Shown: positions 1-9,833 of the stretch, piece by piece
How the letters are laid out: each line of letters starts with the position of its first letter
Numbering within the stretch: the first letter of the stretch is position 1
Source of the DNA: Parcubacteria group bacterium
GTDB taxonomy: Bacteria > Patescibacteriota > Minisyncoccia > 2-02-FULL-40-12
Direction: 5' to 3'
Assembly (NCBI GenBank): GCA_016186395.1
Contig: JACPLU010000006.1
Location: forward strand, 7,948-71,947
Length of the DNA: 64,000 nt
Notes under the pieces: generated by a model
The model's database searches: none
What the model was told of the DNA's origin: nothing
The model's input: only the letters and a program-made list of their open reading frames with translations
Position numbers and translations under genes: made by a program

Positions 1-177
1 GAAACCATTCAAAAAATGGCGGAAGTGCTTAACAATGAAGAAATATCTAAAATTTCTCACTCCGATATTCTGTGGGATGAAATCAAAGAAATTAAATCTG
101 TTGGTTTAGAAAAAACATATGATCTGGAAATAGAAGGAACCCACAATTTTGTTGCCAATGACTTTATTGTTCACAAT
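1..177 (+). mobile_element. Intein C-terminal splicing region in DnaE
   Basis: WDEIKEIKSVGLEKTYDLEIEGTHNFVANDFIVHN followed by S (codon 178-180) matches intein blocks F/G with an HN|S junction. Confidence 0.92.
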
Positions 178-1128
178 TCCCATGCCGCATGTTACGGCCG
201 TGTTGCTTATCAAACCGCGTATATGAAAGCAAACTTTCCCATCGACTATATGTGTGCCGTTTTACGAGCAGAAGCTGGTAACATAGAAAGAATTGCCGAG
301 ATAATTGACGAATGCCAACGAATGAAAATAGAAGTTCTACCACCGGATATAAACGAAAGTTTTGATAATTTTTCTATCCCCTCCCTTCAGGAACAAAAGA
401 TACGTTTTGGTTTATTGGCAATCAAAAATGTAGGAGAAAACCTAATTAAATCTATAATTGAACAAAGAACGAGTAATGGAGAATTTAAATCAATAGAAGA
501 TTTGGTCAACCGCATTCAAAATAAAGACTTAAATAAAAAATCCCTAGAATCATTAATTCGTTGTGGAGCACTTGATCAGCTAGGTGAACGAAATCAGCTT
601 CTGGCAAATGTTGACCAGCTTTTAAATTACGGCAGAGAAACACAAAAAAACTCAAGCGGCGGACAAATTAGTCTTTTCGGCGCGAACGAAGAGGTCCCGT
701 TACCCTCAATTAGACTAGTGTCTGCGGAACCGGCATCTAAAAATGAACGTTTAACCTGGGAAAAAGAACTTTTAGGGTTATTTATTTCTGACCACCCAGT
801 TAAAGATTACCAACTAAAACTTCAACTTGATTTTGGCACAACTGATATTAGACTCGCTACCCAAAGACAAGGCTCAAATGTAAAAATAGGCGGACTGCTC
901 ACAAAACTTCAAAGAATAACGACTCGAACCGGCCAACTAATGCTTTTTGGCTGGCTGGAAGATTTAACGTCTAAAGTTGAGCTAGTTATATTCCCTAAAG
1001 TTATAGAAAAAAATCCTGCTGTATGGCAGGAAAACAAAATCATCGTAGTCAGAGGACGCGTTAACGAAAAAGACGGAATCCCAAAGATTATTTGCGATGA
1101 AGCAACATTAGTTGCGAGCTTAATTTAA
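1..1128 (+). CDS. dnaE: DNA polymerase III alpha subunit, C-terminal part (5' end outside window), containing the end of an intein
   Basis: SHAACYGRVAYQTAYMKANFP, IRFGLLAIKNVG, WEKELLGLFISDHP and a C-terminal OB fold. The frame is open from position 1. Confidence 0.95.
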   Translation, partial: ETIQKMAEVLNNEEISKISHSDILWDEIKEIKSVGLEKTYDLEIEGTHNFVANDFIVHNSHAACYGRVAYQTAYMKANFPIDYMCAVLRAEAGNIERIAEIIDECQRMKIEVLPPDINESFDNFSIPSLQEQKIRFGLLAIKNVGENLIKSIIEQRTSNGEFKSIEDLVNRIQNKDLNKKSLESLIRCGALDQLGERNQLLANVDQLLNYGRETQKNSSGGQISLFGANEEVPLPSIRLVSAEPASKNERLTWEKELLGLFISDHPVKDYQLKLQLDFGTTDIRLATQRQGSNVKIGGLLTKLQRITTRTGQLMLFGWLEDLTSKVELVIFPKVIEKNPAVWQENKIIVVRGRVNEKDGIPKIICDEATLVASLI

Positions 1129-1673
1129 AGTATGTCGTTGGGATCCAACTGTGATGTGTCTAAATTCGGGTCCAATTCAATACCATTTTCTACAGCAAAA
1201 CCGGGTAATGGAGTTAGGGTAAGAAAATGCACTTTTCCTAATCCCATATCAGTCAAAACCTTAGCAACAGCCTCCAAGAATATTTTGATAAAGACACTGT
1301 GCCAAATTTCTAAGGTTTTTCTACTTAGTTCCTCAAAATATATCCTTGAAAAAACAATGTATTCCTGAACTTTTGGTTCTTTCAATAATCTAATGAGCCT
1401 ATCCAGATTTTCGTCGGCCAATTCCTGCCAGGAAACTTCAGCCATAGAATAAAAAACTGATTTACTTTTTTGCCCAAGCTCTCCTTCAAAAGCCGATTCT
1501 AAACGCATCATAGCCTCTTTTACTTTATTTGGGTCCTGATTAAATACCGGTAATAAATTAAGGGTTTTTTGGTGTTGAGCTAATACACTAGCTAAATATT
1601 GATCAATAATATCGTTTATGTGAAAAAGTTCTAATGCCTTTTTGACTTTAACGGCTTTAGTTGCTTTTTTCAT
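1125..1673 (-). CDS. Hypothetical helical protein (weakly DUF2059-like)
   Basis: 182-aa ORF with a GGAG SD upstream. The family guess is by eye only. Confidence 0.6.
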   Translation of the reverse strand: MKKATKAVKVKKALELFHINDIIDQYLASVLAQHQKTLNLLPVFNQDPNKVKEAMMRLESAFEGELGQKSKSVFYSMAEVSWQELADENLDRLIRLLKEPKVQEYIVFSRIYFEELSRKTLEIWHSVFIKIFLEAVAKVLTDMGLGKVHFLTLTPLPGFAVENGIELDPNLDTSQLDPNDIL

Positions 1674-1777
1674 TTTGATTCTCCGAGGTTTTTAAGTTTC
1701 TACTTTTATCTAACGTTAGAACCTAAAAGTATGGTTGTCAAGATGAGCTTTGACTTAAATTTTAGTATATTTATTCC

Positions 1778-3010
1778 ATGTCATCAGGAGATACAAATTC
1801 CAAGTCACAAACTACCAATTTAACTGATCATCGAGATATCGGCCAAGCACTTGATCTTTTTAGTTTTCACAGTGTTGCCCCAGGAACAGTATTTTGGCAT
1901 GGCAACGGTATGATTATTTGGCGGGAACTTGAAAAATATTTAAGAGAGAAATTAGATACTCTTGGCTATCAAGAAGTTTCAACTCCAATTATGGTAAAAA
2001 AAGAACTTTTTGAAAAATCTGGTCATTGGCAACACTACCGCGAAAACATGTTTACATTAGATGTTGATGACGAAATATATGTTTTAAAACCAATGAATTG
2101 TCCAGAAAGCACATTAATTTATTCGTCTAGAGTGCGATCCTATCGCGACTTACCAATTCGAATGTCAGAAATCACTGATAAAATTCACAGAAAAGAGTTA
2201 TCTGGAACTCTGGGTGGCTTACTTCGAGTAAGACAAATGACTCAAGACGATGCCCATCACTATGTTCGACCAGACCAAATTGGAGAAGAAGTTAGTAATT
2301 TACTCGATTTAATTAAAGAATTCTATTCACATTTCAACATGTCCCTATCTTTCAATCTAGCAACAAAACCGGACAATTCAATGGGCGATCCAAACATCTG
2401 GTCCGAAGCTGAAAAAGATCTAGAATCGGTATTGAAAAAAGCTAAAGTAAAATATCAAATTAAAGAAAAAGATGGAGCATTTTACGGACCCAAAGTTGAT
2501 ATCAACGCGACCGACTCTCAAAACAGAGAATGGACTATTGCAACCATTCAACTTGATTTTCAATTACCGGAAAGGTTTGAATTAGAGTATGTTGCCGAGG
2601 ATGGATCCAAAAAACGACCCGTTATAATCCACAGAGCTATCGCTGGAAGTTTCGAGAGATTTATTGGCGTATTACTTGAACACACTGAAGGTAAACTTCC
2701 AACCTGGCTTTCTCCAACTCAAGCAATTATTATGCCCATCAGTGAAAAACAAACCGACTATGCTAAAAAGGTTTTCAACAATTTTAAAAAAGAAGATATC
2801 CGCGTTCAATTCAACAACTCAAGCGAAACCATTTCCAAAAGAATTCGTGAAGCAGAACTGCAAAAGATTCCATATATTTTGGTTGTTGGCGAGAAAGAAG
2901 AAGACAACAGTAATATAAGTGTTAGACAACGTTCTGTTGGAGATATTGGGGCCATGCAAACCGAAGAAATTCTGAAAAAAATAAAAAAAGAAATAACCGA
3001 TAGGATCTAA
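1778..3010 (+). CDS. thrS: Threonyl-tRNA synthetase, short form without N-terminal editing domains
   Basis: DHRDIG, SGHWQHY, LKPMNCP, GAFYGPK, TIQLDF and IHRAIAGSFERF motifs plus the anticodon-binding domain. Confidence 0.96.
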   Translation: MSSGDTNSKSQTTNLTDHRDIGQALDLFSFHSVAPGTVFWHGNGMIIWRELEKYLREKLDTLGYQEVSTPIMVKKELFEKSGHWQHYRENMFTLDVDDEIYVLKPMNCPESTLIYSSRVRSYRDLPIRMSEITDKIHRKELSGTLGGLLRVRQMTQDDAHHYVRPDQIGEEVSNLLDLIKEFYSHFNMSLSFNLATKPDNSMGDPNIWSEAEKDLESVLKKAKVKYQIKEKDGAFYGPKVDINATDSQNREWTIATIQLDFQLPERFELEYVAEDGSKKRPVIIHRAIAGSFERFIGVLLEHTEGKLPTWLSPTQAIIMPISEKQTDYAKKVFNNFKKEDIRVQFNNSSETISKRIREAELQKIPYILVVGEKEEDNSNISVRQRSVGDIGAMQTEEILKKIKKEITDRI

Positions 3011-3033
3011 AAACTCGGCTAAAGCCGAGTTTT
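3011..3033. terminator. Bidirectional intrinsic terminator
   Basis: aaactcggc-taaa-gccgagttt hairpin between convergent genes. Confidence 0.7.
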
Positions 3034-3694
3034 AAGTTTTTTCGGAATGAATTGTGTTTTTAATATTATCCAAACTCTCCCAGACAGAACCACTATTCAA
3101 ATCTATTTTATCTAAACCAATCAAAGGAATGATTTTTTGCCAAAGATAACTAAATAAGCCAATTTTACATATGTTACCAATCAATAAAATCAAAAGGCCA
3201 TATTGAATGTGATTCAATTTTATAAATCCGATACCTAAATGAAAAAAAGTTGGTATGAGCCCGGAAATGAATACCCCCAAATAATCTTGGTCAAAAACAA
3301 CAACTTTTAAGTTTTTACCAATTATTGACAAGAGGCCGATGGCCAAAATGAGAGAAGCAGAGGCTACTCCAGCTATTTTCAACCGTTTTTTGAAAATACC
3401 AGGCAAACTATAGAATAATCGTTTTTCCTTGTTCAAATACCTTACAAAAAGATAACCTACCCCCACAAACATTAAACTAATAACAACGGCCGGAAATTTA
3501 TGCAAGGTTTTACCCAAAAAACTGCCCCAGAAACCATAGTACCAAAATAACATTTCACATGTTCCCGAAATTGAACTAAAAATAAAAGCCTTAAAAACAC
3601 TAAAACGAGCTATTTGCCAAGCACATGATCCTAATTCTGCGTTTATCAAAGTGACACCAATAGGAATCAAATAACGTTTACTGAATTTACGCAT
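3032..3694 (-). CDS. Hypothetical membrane protein
   Basis: 220-aa ORF with several hydrophobic segments and a GAGGGGAG SD. Confidence 0.7.
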   Translation of the reverse strand: MRKFSKRYLIPIGVTLINAELGSCAWQIARFSVFKAFIFSSISGTCEMLFWYYGFWGSFLGKTLHKFPAVVISLMFVGVGYLFVRYLNKEKRLFYSLPGIFKKRLKIAGVASASLILAIGLLSIIGKNLKVVVFDQDYLGVFISGLIPTFFHLGIGFIKLNHIQYGLLILLIGNICKIGLFSYLWQKIIPLIGLDKIDLNSGSVWESLDNIKNTIHSEKT

Positions 3695-3758
3695 TCACTC
3701 CCCTCTTTTTTAAAGGTCCAAGTAATAAATTTACTAACTATTAAATAGCATAATTGAT

Positions 3759-5555
3759 TTAATTAGTCACCAATTCTTTCTTCAACAACTCCTCTGCAAC
3801 TTGTGGATTGGCTTTGCCTTTGGTTTCTTTCATTACTTGACCGACAAGAAACTTCAAGGACTCCTGCTTACCTTTTTTATAATCTTCAACTGCTCTTTGA
3901 TTATTGGCAATAACATTTTTAACCGCGATTGTAAGCTCCCCCGAATCTGAAACCTGACCCAGATCTTTTTCTTTCATAATTTGTTCGGGATGCAATCCGG
4001 TTTCAGTCATTTCTTTTAATATAACCTTTGTGGCCGAAGAAGAAAGTTTTTTGTGGAAAAACATAACCATTAACTCGGCAAAGGCTTCCGGTTCAACTTT
4101 TATACCTGACAAATCTTCCAATTCGCTGGCATCTTTCATATTGAACAACACCGGAAATTCAGTAATTATAAAATTGGCCGCAAGCGCATGAAGCCTGCCC
4201 AGCAAATGTTTTTCATCAGAGAATTCTTTGACACTTCCACTTTTCAAATGTTCAACTTTAGCTTCTGAATCAAGTTCTGTGGCAACTTTTTCGTAATAAT
4301 CGCCCAAATGTTTCGCTTTGGTAAAAATTTCAATATCCCGCTCAGGCAGATTATACTGCTTTTTAAATCTATCACGCCTTTGCTGAGGTAGTTCTGGCAG
4401 ACTGACTAATAAACCGTCCACATCAATCTTAGTTGGCGGCACCCCCCCCTTTCTTTGAGAATCTTTTTCAATATTTGAGAATTCATTGGAAATAACCGCT
4501 ACGCTTTCATCACTAGCTTCTTTGAGAAGTTCACGAGAGAAAGAGGGGGGTCCTCGCCTTTGTAGCTTTTCGCTTATGCTCAAAAACAAAGGCGGGAGGT
4601 CCGGCTCCGGGAAATATCTATAATCGTGAGCTTCTTCTTTTGATCTTTGACTAACCGTTACACCTCTTACTTCGTCCCAACCTCTGGTTTCTTGAATAAC
4701 CCGTTCGCCACTATCTAAAAGCTCGCTTTGACGTTTAATTTCATATTCCACCGCTTGCATTGCTACTTTTATAGAGTTCAAATTTTTAATCTCCACTTTT
4801 GTACCTAATTTTTGATTTTTGATTTTTGATTTTTGATTTGAAGAAGTTAATATTTCGCTAAGCGAAATATTAACTTCGACACGCATTTGACCCTTTTCCA
4901 TATTTGCATCAGAAACGTTCAGATAACGTAAAATTAACTGAAATTCCTCGGCAAATTTTTTAACCTCGTTACCATTCTCTAAATCCGGTCTTGTTACTAA
5001 TTCCATTAACGGAACGCCGGCACGATTATAATCGACCAGCGAAGCTGGTCGCCCCGAGCCTGTCGAGAGGCTTTCATGCAAAAGCCTGCCCGCATCTTCT
5101 TCTAAATGAATGCGCTCAATTCTGATGCGCTTAACGTCTAAAGGCGAACGACTAAAGCCAGAGCTATCAATAGCTTTAGTCTTTAGACTTTCGTTGTTAG
5201 CCTTAGTCTTTAGACCTTGGTCATTAGACAGTATCTCTAAATAGCCGTCACGACATAACGGTTTTTGATACTGACTTATTTGATAGCCCTTTGGTAAATC
5301 AGGGTAAAAGTAGTTCTTTCTTTCAAAAAAAGATTCGTCTGCAATCTGGCAATGCAATGCCAAGCCAGCTTGAATCACTTTTTTCACAGCCTCCTGGTTT
5401 ATGACCGGCAATGTCCCTGGATGACCCATACAAATGGGACAAACATTAATATTTGGATGCTTTTCATCCGAATCATTTAAAGAATCGCAAAACATTTTAG
5501 TCTTGGTTTTAAGTTCAGCATGAATCTCCAGGCCGATTGTTGGTTTATAATTCAA
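3759..5555 (-). CDS. gatB: Asp/Glu-tRNA amidotransferase subunit B, enlarged by in-frame repeat insertions
   Basis: IGLEIHAEL, KNYFYPDLPKGYQISQ, DYNRAGVPLMELVT, YRYFPEPDLPP and GQVMKETKGKANP motifs. Confidence 0.97.
   Translation of the reverse strand: MNYKPTIGLEIHAELKTKTKMFCDSLNDSDEKHPNINVCPICMGHPGTLPVINQEAVKKVIQAGLALHCQIADESFFERKNYFYPDLPKGYQISQYQKPLCRDGYLEILSNDQGLKTKANNESLKTKAIDSSGFSRSPLDVKRIRIERIHLEEDAGRLLHESLSTGSGRPASLVDYNRAGVPLMELVTRPDLENGNEVKKFAEEFQLILRYLNVSDANMEKGQMRVEVNISLSEILTSSNQKSKIKNQKLGTKVEIKNLNSIKVAMQAVEYEIKRQSELLDSGERVIQETRGWDEVRGVTVSQRSKEEAHDYRYFPEPDLPPLFLSISEKLQRRGPPSFSRELLKEASDESVAVISNEFSNIEKDSQRKGGVPPTKIDVDGLLVSLPELPQQRRDRFKKQYNLPERDIEIFTKAKHLGDYYEKVATELDSEAKVEHLKSGSVKEFSDEKHLLGRLHALAANFIITEFPVLFNMKDASELEDLSGIKVEPEAFAELMVMFFHKKLSSSATKVILKEMTETGLHPEQIMKEKDLGQVSDSGELTIAVKNVIANNQRAVEDYKKGKQESLKFLVGQVMKETKGKANPQVAEELLKKELVTN
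4441..4551. repeat. Terminal-inverted-repeat element translated in frame inside gatB
   Basis: acccccccctttct ... agaaagaggggggt ends; encodes GPPSFSRELLK...DSQRKGG. Confidence 0.75.
4808..4840. repeat. Heptamer tandem repeat (ATTTTTG)x4 inside gatB
   Basis: Four perfect copies at 4808-4835; encodes NQKSKIKNQKL. Confidence 0.9.
5134..5229. repeat. Inverted degenerate heptamer array (GACTAAA/TTTAGTC family) inside gatB
   Basis: gtctaaa-ggcgaac-gactaaa ... ctttagt-ctttaga ... ccttagt-ctttaga-ccttggt-cattaga. Confidence 0.8.
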
Positions 5556-5633
5556 GGCTCAATGCTTAACGACAAAAGACCAAAGTTTAGATATTATTTT
5601 CTAGCCTTAGTCCATAGACTTTAAGCTGTAGTC
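5556..5633. repeat. Inverted degenerate heptamer array upstream of gatB
   Basis: gacaaaa-gaccaaa-gtttaga ... ccttagt-ccataga-ctttaag. Confidence 0.65.
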
Positions 5634-5684
5634 AACTATTAATTTATCATGATTTTAAATAACAAAAAAGCCCGGTGAACCGAG

Positions 5685-7337
5685 CTAACTAACGATTCTG
5701 TTCTCTTTTCTTCTTTGCGCCGCCTCTGACTCTGCACGACTCCAGAAATAGTCGTTATAATCTACAAATTCCATCAAAGGAGCAATTAATAAATCCTGCT
5801 CGCATAACAATCGATGTGCTTTTTGAATTAGTTTACGATACGAAGGATGTCCTTGAGGAATTGTCCGTAGTTCCATCAAATGAAACGCTTCTCTATGATT
5901 CATCCCCATATACCAACGAATGTTAAATAGAAAAAGAACTGCATATTGAGCAACTTTCTTTCCGACGCTAACCAACAACTTATCGTATAAATGATAAGAC
6001 CTTTCAACACAAGTTCGAAATTGTTTCCCCAATCCGGCTTCAATAACTTCTTCTGGTGTAACATATCCAAGGTAAGGATTTAAAAGTTGTCGTTGCTGAG
6101 TAAGCATTCTCTGTCGCTCAAGATCTCTATAAATCCCAAAATCACCTACAAAATCAAAGGTTATCGGATAACCAAATTCTAAACCACGGCCAGGTTTATT
6201 CCGTCTATTGCCCCTAACATCTTTATGCTGACAATATGCTTCCATAATCGCCTTTTTCTGATTAAAGGTGAGTAACTGACTGAAATCATAAAGTTCCCCC
6301 AGAGAAAGACAAGAAAAAGGATACAAAATATGCGCAATCGCCATAGATTCAAAATTCCAGTTACCTCCATAAAAAAGTTCTACTCGTTCTCTAGATACTG
6401 ATTCAATATGACCTAAATATCTATGGGCAATTTCTTCCATCTTTTCATTTACCGTTCGCAAATAAAAGTTAACATTCCCTCTTTTAACATAGTTTTCAAT
6501 AACCACCGATAATGCTCCTTTTGCTCTATCACCTAAATCTTGAAATTCAACCAAATCATGACTCTTTAATTTTGTAAGCATATTCTGATATCCTCTTCCA
6601 TTTCCGGATATACCAACATTTGTTAGAGTTGCTGCTGGCAAAAGTCCTCGAAGAGTATCGCAAGTTTTTGTTTTTATATCAGTTTTATACGTAACCGACC
6701 AAGCTCTTCTTTCTTTATCGTTATCCAACTCTTGAAGTTTATATGCCTTACTATCTCCCGCTCTTACAGCATACTCAGCCTCGTTCTCTGGTTTTAACCG
6801 CTTGAAATATTCTGACATGGGCTGAATTAGTTGAATATAAGTTTCAAGAACATAATCCAGTGTTGTCTCATATTCAGACAACAAACCGGCCTCAACAACT
6901 TCGACTGGTCTAAGATATCTCAACCTACCTTGACGATCTCTTTGGTCATAAACAACATAACGACTTGATTGCTCAATAGGCGAAAGACCGATACGGCAAT
7001 CTTCTATTTCCTTAGTTGCTAAATTAGAAACATTCTCAAGTGCCAAATGGGCATTCTCCAACTCACCAACCGAATCATCACCATAAGCGATTAAAACTCT
7101 TTCGACTAACTCGTTTAATTTGTCTAATTTTAATTTCCCTTTTTCATCTAAAAACTCCTTTAATAGACGAACTCTGGCTCCGCCTGCGGCTCTTGAGTAC
7201 CTGGCAAATACCGCCCCACCAACCCCATATAGGCTTGGCAAAAAAACAAAAATATCAGCACTAGGGTCACTAACATATTCTGCTAATATTTCTACTTCTT
7301 CTTTAGAAAAAATTGGGTCATACTCTGTACCTTGCAT
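5685..7337 (-). CDS. thyX: FAD-dependent thymidylate synthase, long two-domain form
   Basis: ARYSR, YGDDSV, EQSSRYV, YRDLERQR and ELRTIPQGHPSYR motifs; in an operon with tmk and dcd. Confidence 0.9.
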   Translation of the reverse strand: MQGTEYDPIFSKEEVEILAEYVSDPSADIFVFLPSLYGVGGAVFARYSRAAGGARVRLLKEFLDEKGKLKLDKLNELVERVLIAYGDDSVGELENAHLALENVSNLATKEIEDCRIGLSPIEQSSRYVVYDQRDRQGRLRYLRPVEVVEAGLLSEYETTLDYVLETYIQLIQPMSEYFKRLKPENEAEYAVRAGDSKAYKLQELDNDKERRAWSVTYKTDIKTKTCDTLRGLLPAATLTNVGISGNGRGYQNMLTKLKSHDLVEFQDLGDRAKGALSVVIENYVKRGNVNFYLRTVNEKMEEIAHRYLGHIESVSRERVELFYGGNWNFESMAIAHILYPFSCLSLGELYDFSQLLTFNQKKAIMEAYCQHKDVRGNRRNKPGRGLEFGYPITFDFVGDFGIYRDLERQRMLTQQRQLLNPYLGYVTPEEVIEAGLGKQFRTCVERSYHLYDKLLVSVGKKVAQYAVLFLFNIRWYMGMNHREAFHLMELRTIPQGHPSYRKLIQKAHRLLCEQDLLIAPLMEFVDYNDYFWSRAESEAAQRRKENRIVS

Positions 7338-7395
7338 AACTTTTCTCCTTGTTTTTAAAATACAAAAAAATCGGGTTTCCCCGATTGTAGCAGAT

Positions 7396-8043
7396 CTATT
7401 TTTGTTTTAACAGCTCTAGTATTTTGTCACGAGCTTTTTGAAAAACATCTTCTGGGCTTAAAGTTGCATCAATCATAAACCAGCGTCTTGGTTCTTGTTG
7501 CAATTGGGCTAAATAGCCCTCCCGAACCACTTGGTGAAAGACTAAACTTTCTTGATCAAATTTATCCAACTCAACTTCCGACCTTCTTAAAATAGTTAAA
7601 CGTGGATCAATATCCAACAAAATTGTAAGACCGGGATATACTCTTTTACGAGCTATAGCCTCTATTGGAGTCATTGCTTCTAACGACAATCCTCTACCAT
7701 AATGCTGATAAGCAAAAGTAGAAGCAGTAAAACGATCACACAAAATTAAATATCCATCTTTTAATTTAGGCGAAATCACATCTACAATATGTTGGCATCT
7801 CCCGGCACAAAGAAGAAAAAATTCAGTCCAAGGATCTATATTTTCTGCGTCTCTAGATTTCAAAACTTGTCTAATTCTTTCCCCGAAATCCGTTCCTCCC
7901 GGTTCTCGCGTAGAAATTACTTTTATTCCAGAACTTAAAAAATATTCGTATAGCGAAGAAACTAGGGTTGTTTTTCCGCTTTTATCACCACCCTCAAAAG
8001 TAATAAATATTCCTGGATTTATCTCTGACATATACTTACTCAC
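7396..8043 (-). CDS. tmk: Thymidylate kinase
   Basis: FITFEGGDKSGKTT, TREPGGT and CDRF...AYQ motifs. Confidence 0.95.
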   Translation of the reverse strand: MSKYMSEINPGIFITFEGGDKSGKTTLVSSLYEYFLSSGIKVISTREPGGTDFGERIRQVLKSRDAENIDPWTEFFLLCAGRCQHIVDVISPKLKDGYLILCDRFTASTFAYQHYGRGLSLEAMTPIEAIARKRVYPGLTILLDIDPRLTILRRSEVELDKFDQESLVFHQVVREGYLAQLQQEPRRWFMIDATLSPEDVFQKARDKILELLKQK

Positions 8044-8737
8044 TATCTAACTTTTCTTTTTTCCTACCAACTATCTCATAATCACTGTAAAGTCGTGGTA
8101 GCATAGAATAAGGCACCCAACTATTTTTCAAGGTTTCCAAATCTGTACCAGTTTGATACTTACCTTTTACTGAATAATCATCGTCTTCAAGAGGCCTTAC
8201 CTCATAAAATTTAATTTGACCAACACGCATTCCAGTCCTCAGAGGGATGTGATGGCGACAACTATTATTTGTAATCTCCATTGTCCAACGATTTACATAA
8301 CCAACATCACCCATTCCTGCACATTTACAAACTTCTATAAATGATCTACCCAGAGTTGAACGCGCTTTCATTTCAGAAGTGCAACAATTTCTTCCACCTA
8401 TAAATTCTTGTGTATGGGCCAATATTGTCTCACCTGGAGCAAGACATATTATTAAGTCTGATTCGATAAAACCATCTAAAGCAGTAATATTTAAATCCTG
8501 AATAAATTGGAAATAAGGAACTGCTCGTTGGGGTTCCTTTCCCCACACTCTTTCAATACTGGCCCTAGAGAAAGGATTGAAAATTGGTAAACCACCTTTT
8601 GAGTCTTGTTCCCTAAAATAATAATTACCCAAAGTTATATCATAACTGTTAGTACCTAGATTTCTTTCTTGAAAAGGATCAATGAGAATATTACCTAAAT
8701 TCATGTGTTTTAAAATATCCGGCCTTGATAAAAGCAT
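8036..8737 (-). CDS. dcd: dCTP deaminase family protein
   Basis: NSYDITLG, ARSTLGR, GDVGY...WTMEITN and GKYQ motifs. Confidence 0.9.
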   Translation of the reverse strand: MLLSRPDILKHMNLGNILIDPFQERNLGTNSYDITLGNYYFREQDSKGGLPIFNPFSRASIERVWGKEPQRAVPYFQFIQDLNITALDGFIESDLIICLAPGETILAHTQEFIGGRNCCTSEMKARSTLGRSFIEVCKCAGMGDVGYVNRWTMEITNNSCRHHIPLRTGMRVGQIKFYEVRPLEDDDYSVKGKYQTGTDLETLKNSWVPYSMLPRLYSDYEIVGRKKEKLDSE

Positions 8738-8867
8738 ACTTTTCCTCCTTGTTAAGAAACTAAAAACAACCTAATGGTTGTTTTTAGTATAAAAGAAAAA
8801 GTTTTTATTGCAACTGTAACTATTTTACCTCCAACCTCAAACTCCTAGCTGTCCCTGCAATTTGGAC

Positions 8868-8897
8868 TTGACAGTAGTGCTATCAATATGATATACT
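8868..8897 (+). promoter_or_regulatory. Sigma70-type promoter
   Basis: TTGACA (8868-8873), 18-nt spacer, TATACT (8892-8897). Confidence 0.65.
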
Positions 8898-8905
8898 TAC
8901 ACTAT

Positions 8906-9000
8906 AGTCAGGACTTTAGCATGCCGGCGACCCAAGTGGCCGCGCTGGAAGCGATCCCTGGCTTAGCCTAGAGTCACGCGAGTGAATCTAGGCGTTTTTT
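8906..9000 (+). ncRNA. Candidate structured small RNA of unknown family
   Basis: GC-rich stretch closed by agtcagg/cctggct, followed by the hairpin gcctagagtcac-gcga-gtgaatctaggc and a T run; promoter directly upstream. Confidence 0.5.
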
Positions 9001-9418
9001 ATTTTATCTCCAATCCGAGACTTTTAGCAGTCCCTTCTACAATCTTCATTGCTCCCTCAATATCATTGGCATTTAAATCCTCCATTTTCATTTCTGCGAT
9101 TTTACGAACATCGTCCTTGCTAACTGAACCAACTTTATTTTTATTTGGCTGTCCAGATCCTTTTTCAATCTTAGCCGCTTGTTTCAATAAAAAGGCGGCT
9201 GGCGGAGTTTTGGTAATAAAAGTAAAACTGCGATCCTCAAAAACAGTAATTTCAACTGGAATCACCTGGCCTTTTCTGTCTTGAGTCGCATCATTAAAAC
9301 GCTTAACAAAATCTTGAATATTTAAACCGTGCGGCCCAAGTGCCGTACCAACTGGCGGAGCAGGCGTTGCTCCCCCACCCACAATCTGAAGTTTTATAAT
9401 TGTTTTGATCTTAGGCAT
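8999..9418 (-). CDS. rplK: 50S ribosomal protein L11 (start reassigned to ATG 9418)
   Basis: [12 protein letters not shown] and KTPPAAFLL motifs. The longer ORF start lies in a heptamer array. Confidence 0.97.
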   Translation of the reverse strand: MPKIKTIIKLQIVGGGATPAPPVGTALGPHGLNIQDFVKRFNDATQDRKGQVIPVEITVFEDRSFTFITKTPPAAFLLKQAAKIEKGSGQPNKNKVGSVSKDDVRKIAEMKMEDLNANDIEGAMKIVEGTAKSLGLEIK

Positions 9419-9424
9419 ATTTGT

Positions 9425-9459
9425 GACTAATGACCAAAGTCTAAAGACTAAAGTCAAAA
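9425..9459. repeat. Heptamer array, left arm flanking the four-helix-bundle gene
   Basis: GACTAAT GACCAAA GTCTAAA GACTAAA GTCAAAA. Confidence 0.85.
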
Positions 9460-9465
9460 TTAAAT

Positions 9466-9819
9466 TTATTTTAAACTATTAATTAAACCCTTAAGTTTTG
9501 AAACCACCAAACCACTCATCTGATATAAACTGTCAAAATCTTTACGATTTATAAAATCCAAATCTAAAGCTATATACAAACCAGAAATTACTTCTTCAAT
9601 TGATCCTAAAGACATTCGCAAAAATCTTTTGAACTCGGCATCTGATTTTTTATCGCTTCCTTCTGCTATATTCAATACTATAGAAACAGACACCCTACGA
9701 ATTTGACTTACTAATCCAAAAATTTCTTCTTTTGGAAAACGACTTGTAACTTTATAGATAGCAACAGTAAACTCTCTTGCCAACTTCCATACTTCAAGCT
9801 TTTCAAATCTATAGTACAT
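9466..9819 (-). CDS. Four helix bundle protein (23S rRNA IVP / TIGR02436-like, Avd-related fold)
   Basis: [32 protein letters not shown] and RFLRMSLGS motifs. Confidence 0.93.
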   Translation of the reverse strand: MYYRFEKLEVWKLAREFTVAIYKVTSRFPKEEIFGLVSQIRRVSVSIVLNIAEGSDKKSDAEFKRFLRMSLGSIEEVISGLYIALDLDFINRKDFDSLYQMSGLVVSKLKGLINSLK

Positions 9820-9833
9820 TTAATATATTACTG

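Noticed and set aside
9419-9457. 13-aa N-terminal extension of L11
   Set aside because: It is derived from the heptamer arm; ATG 9418 matches the normal L11 start.
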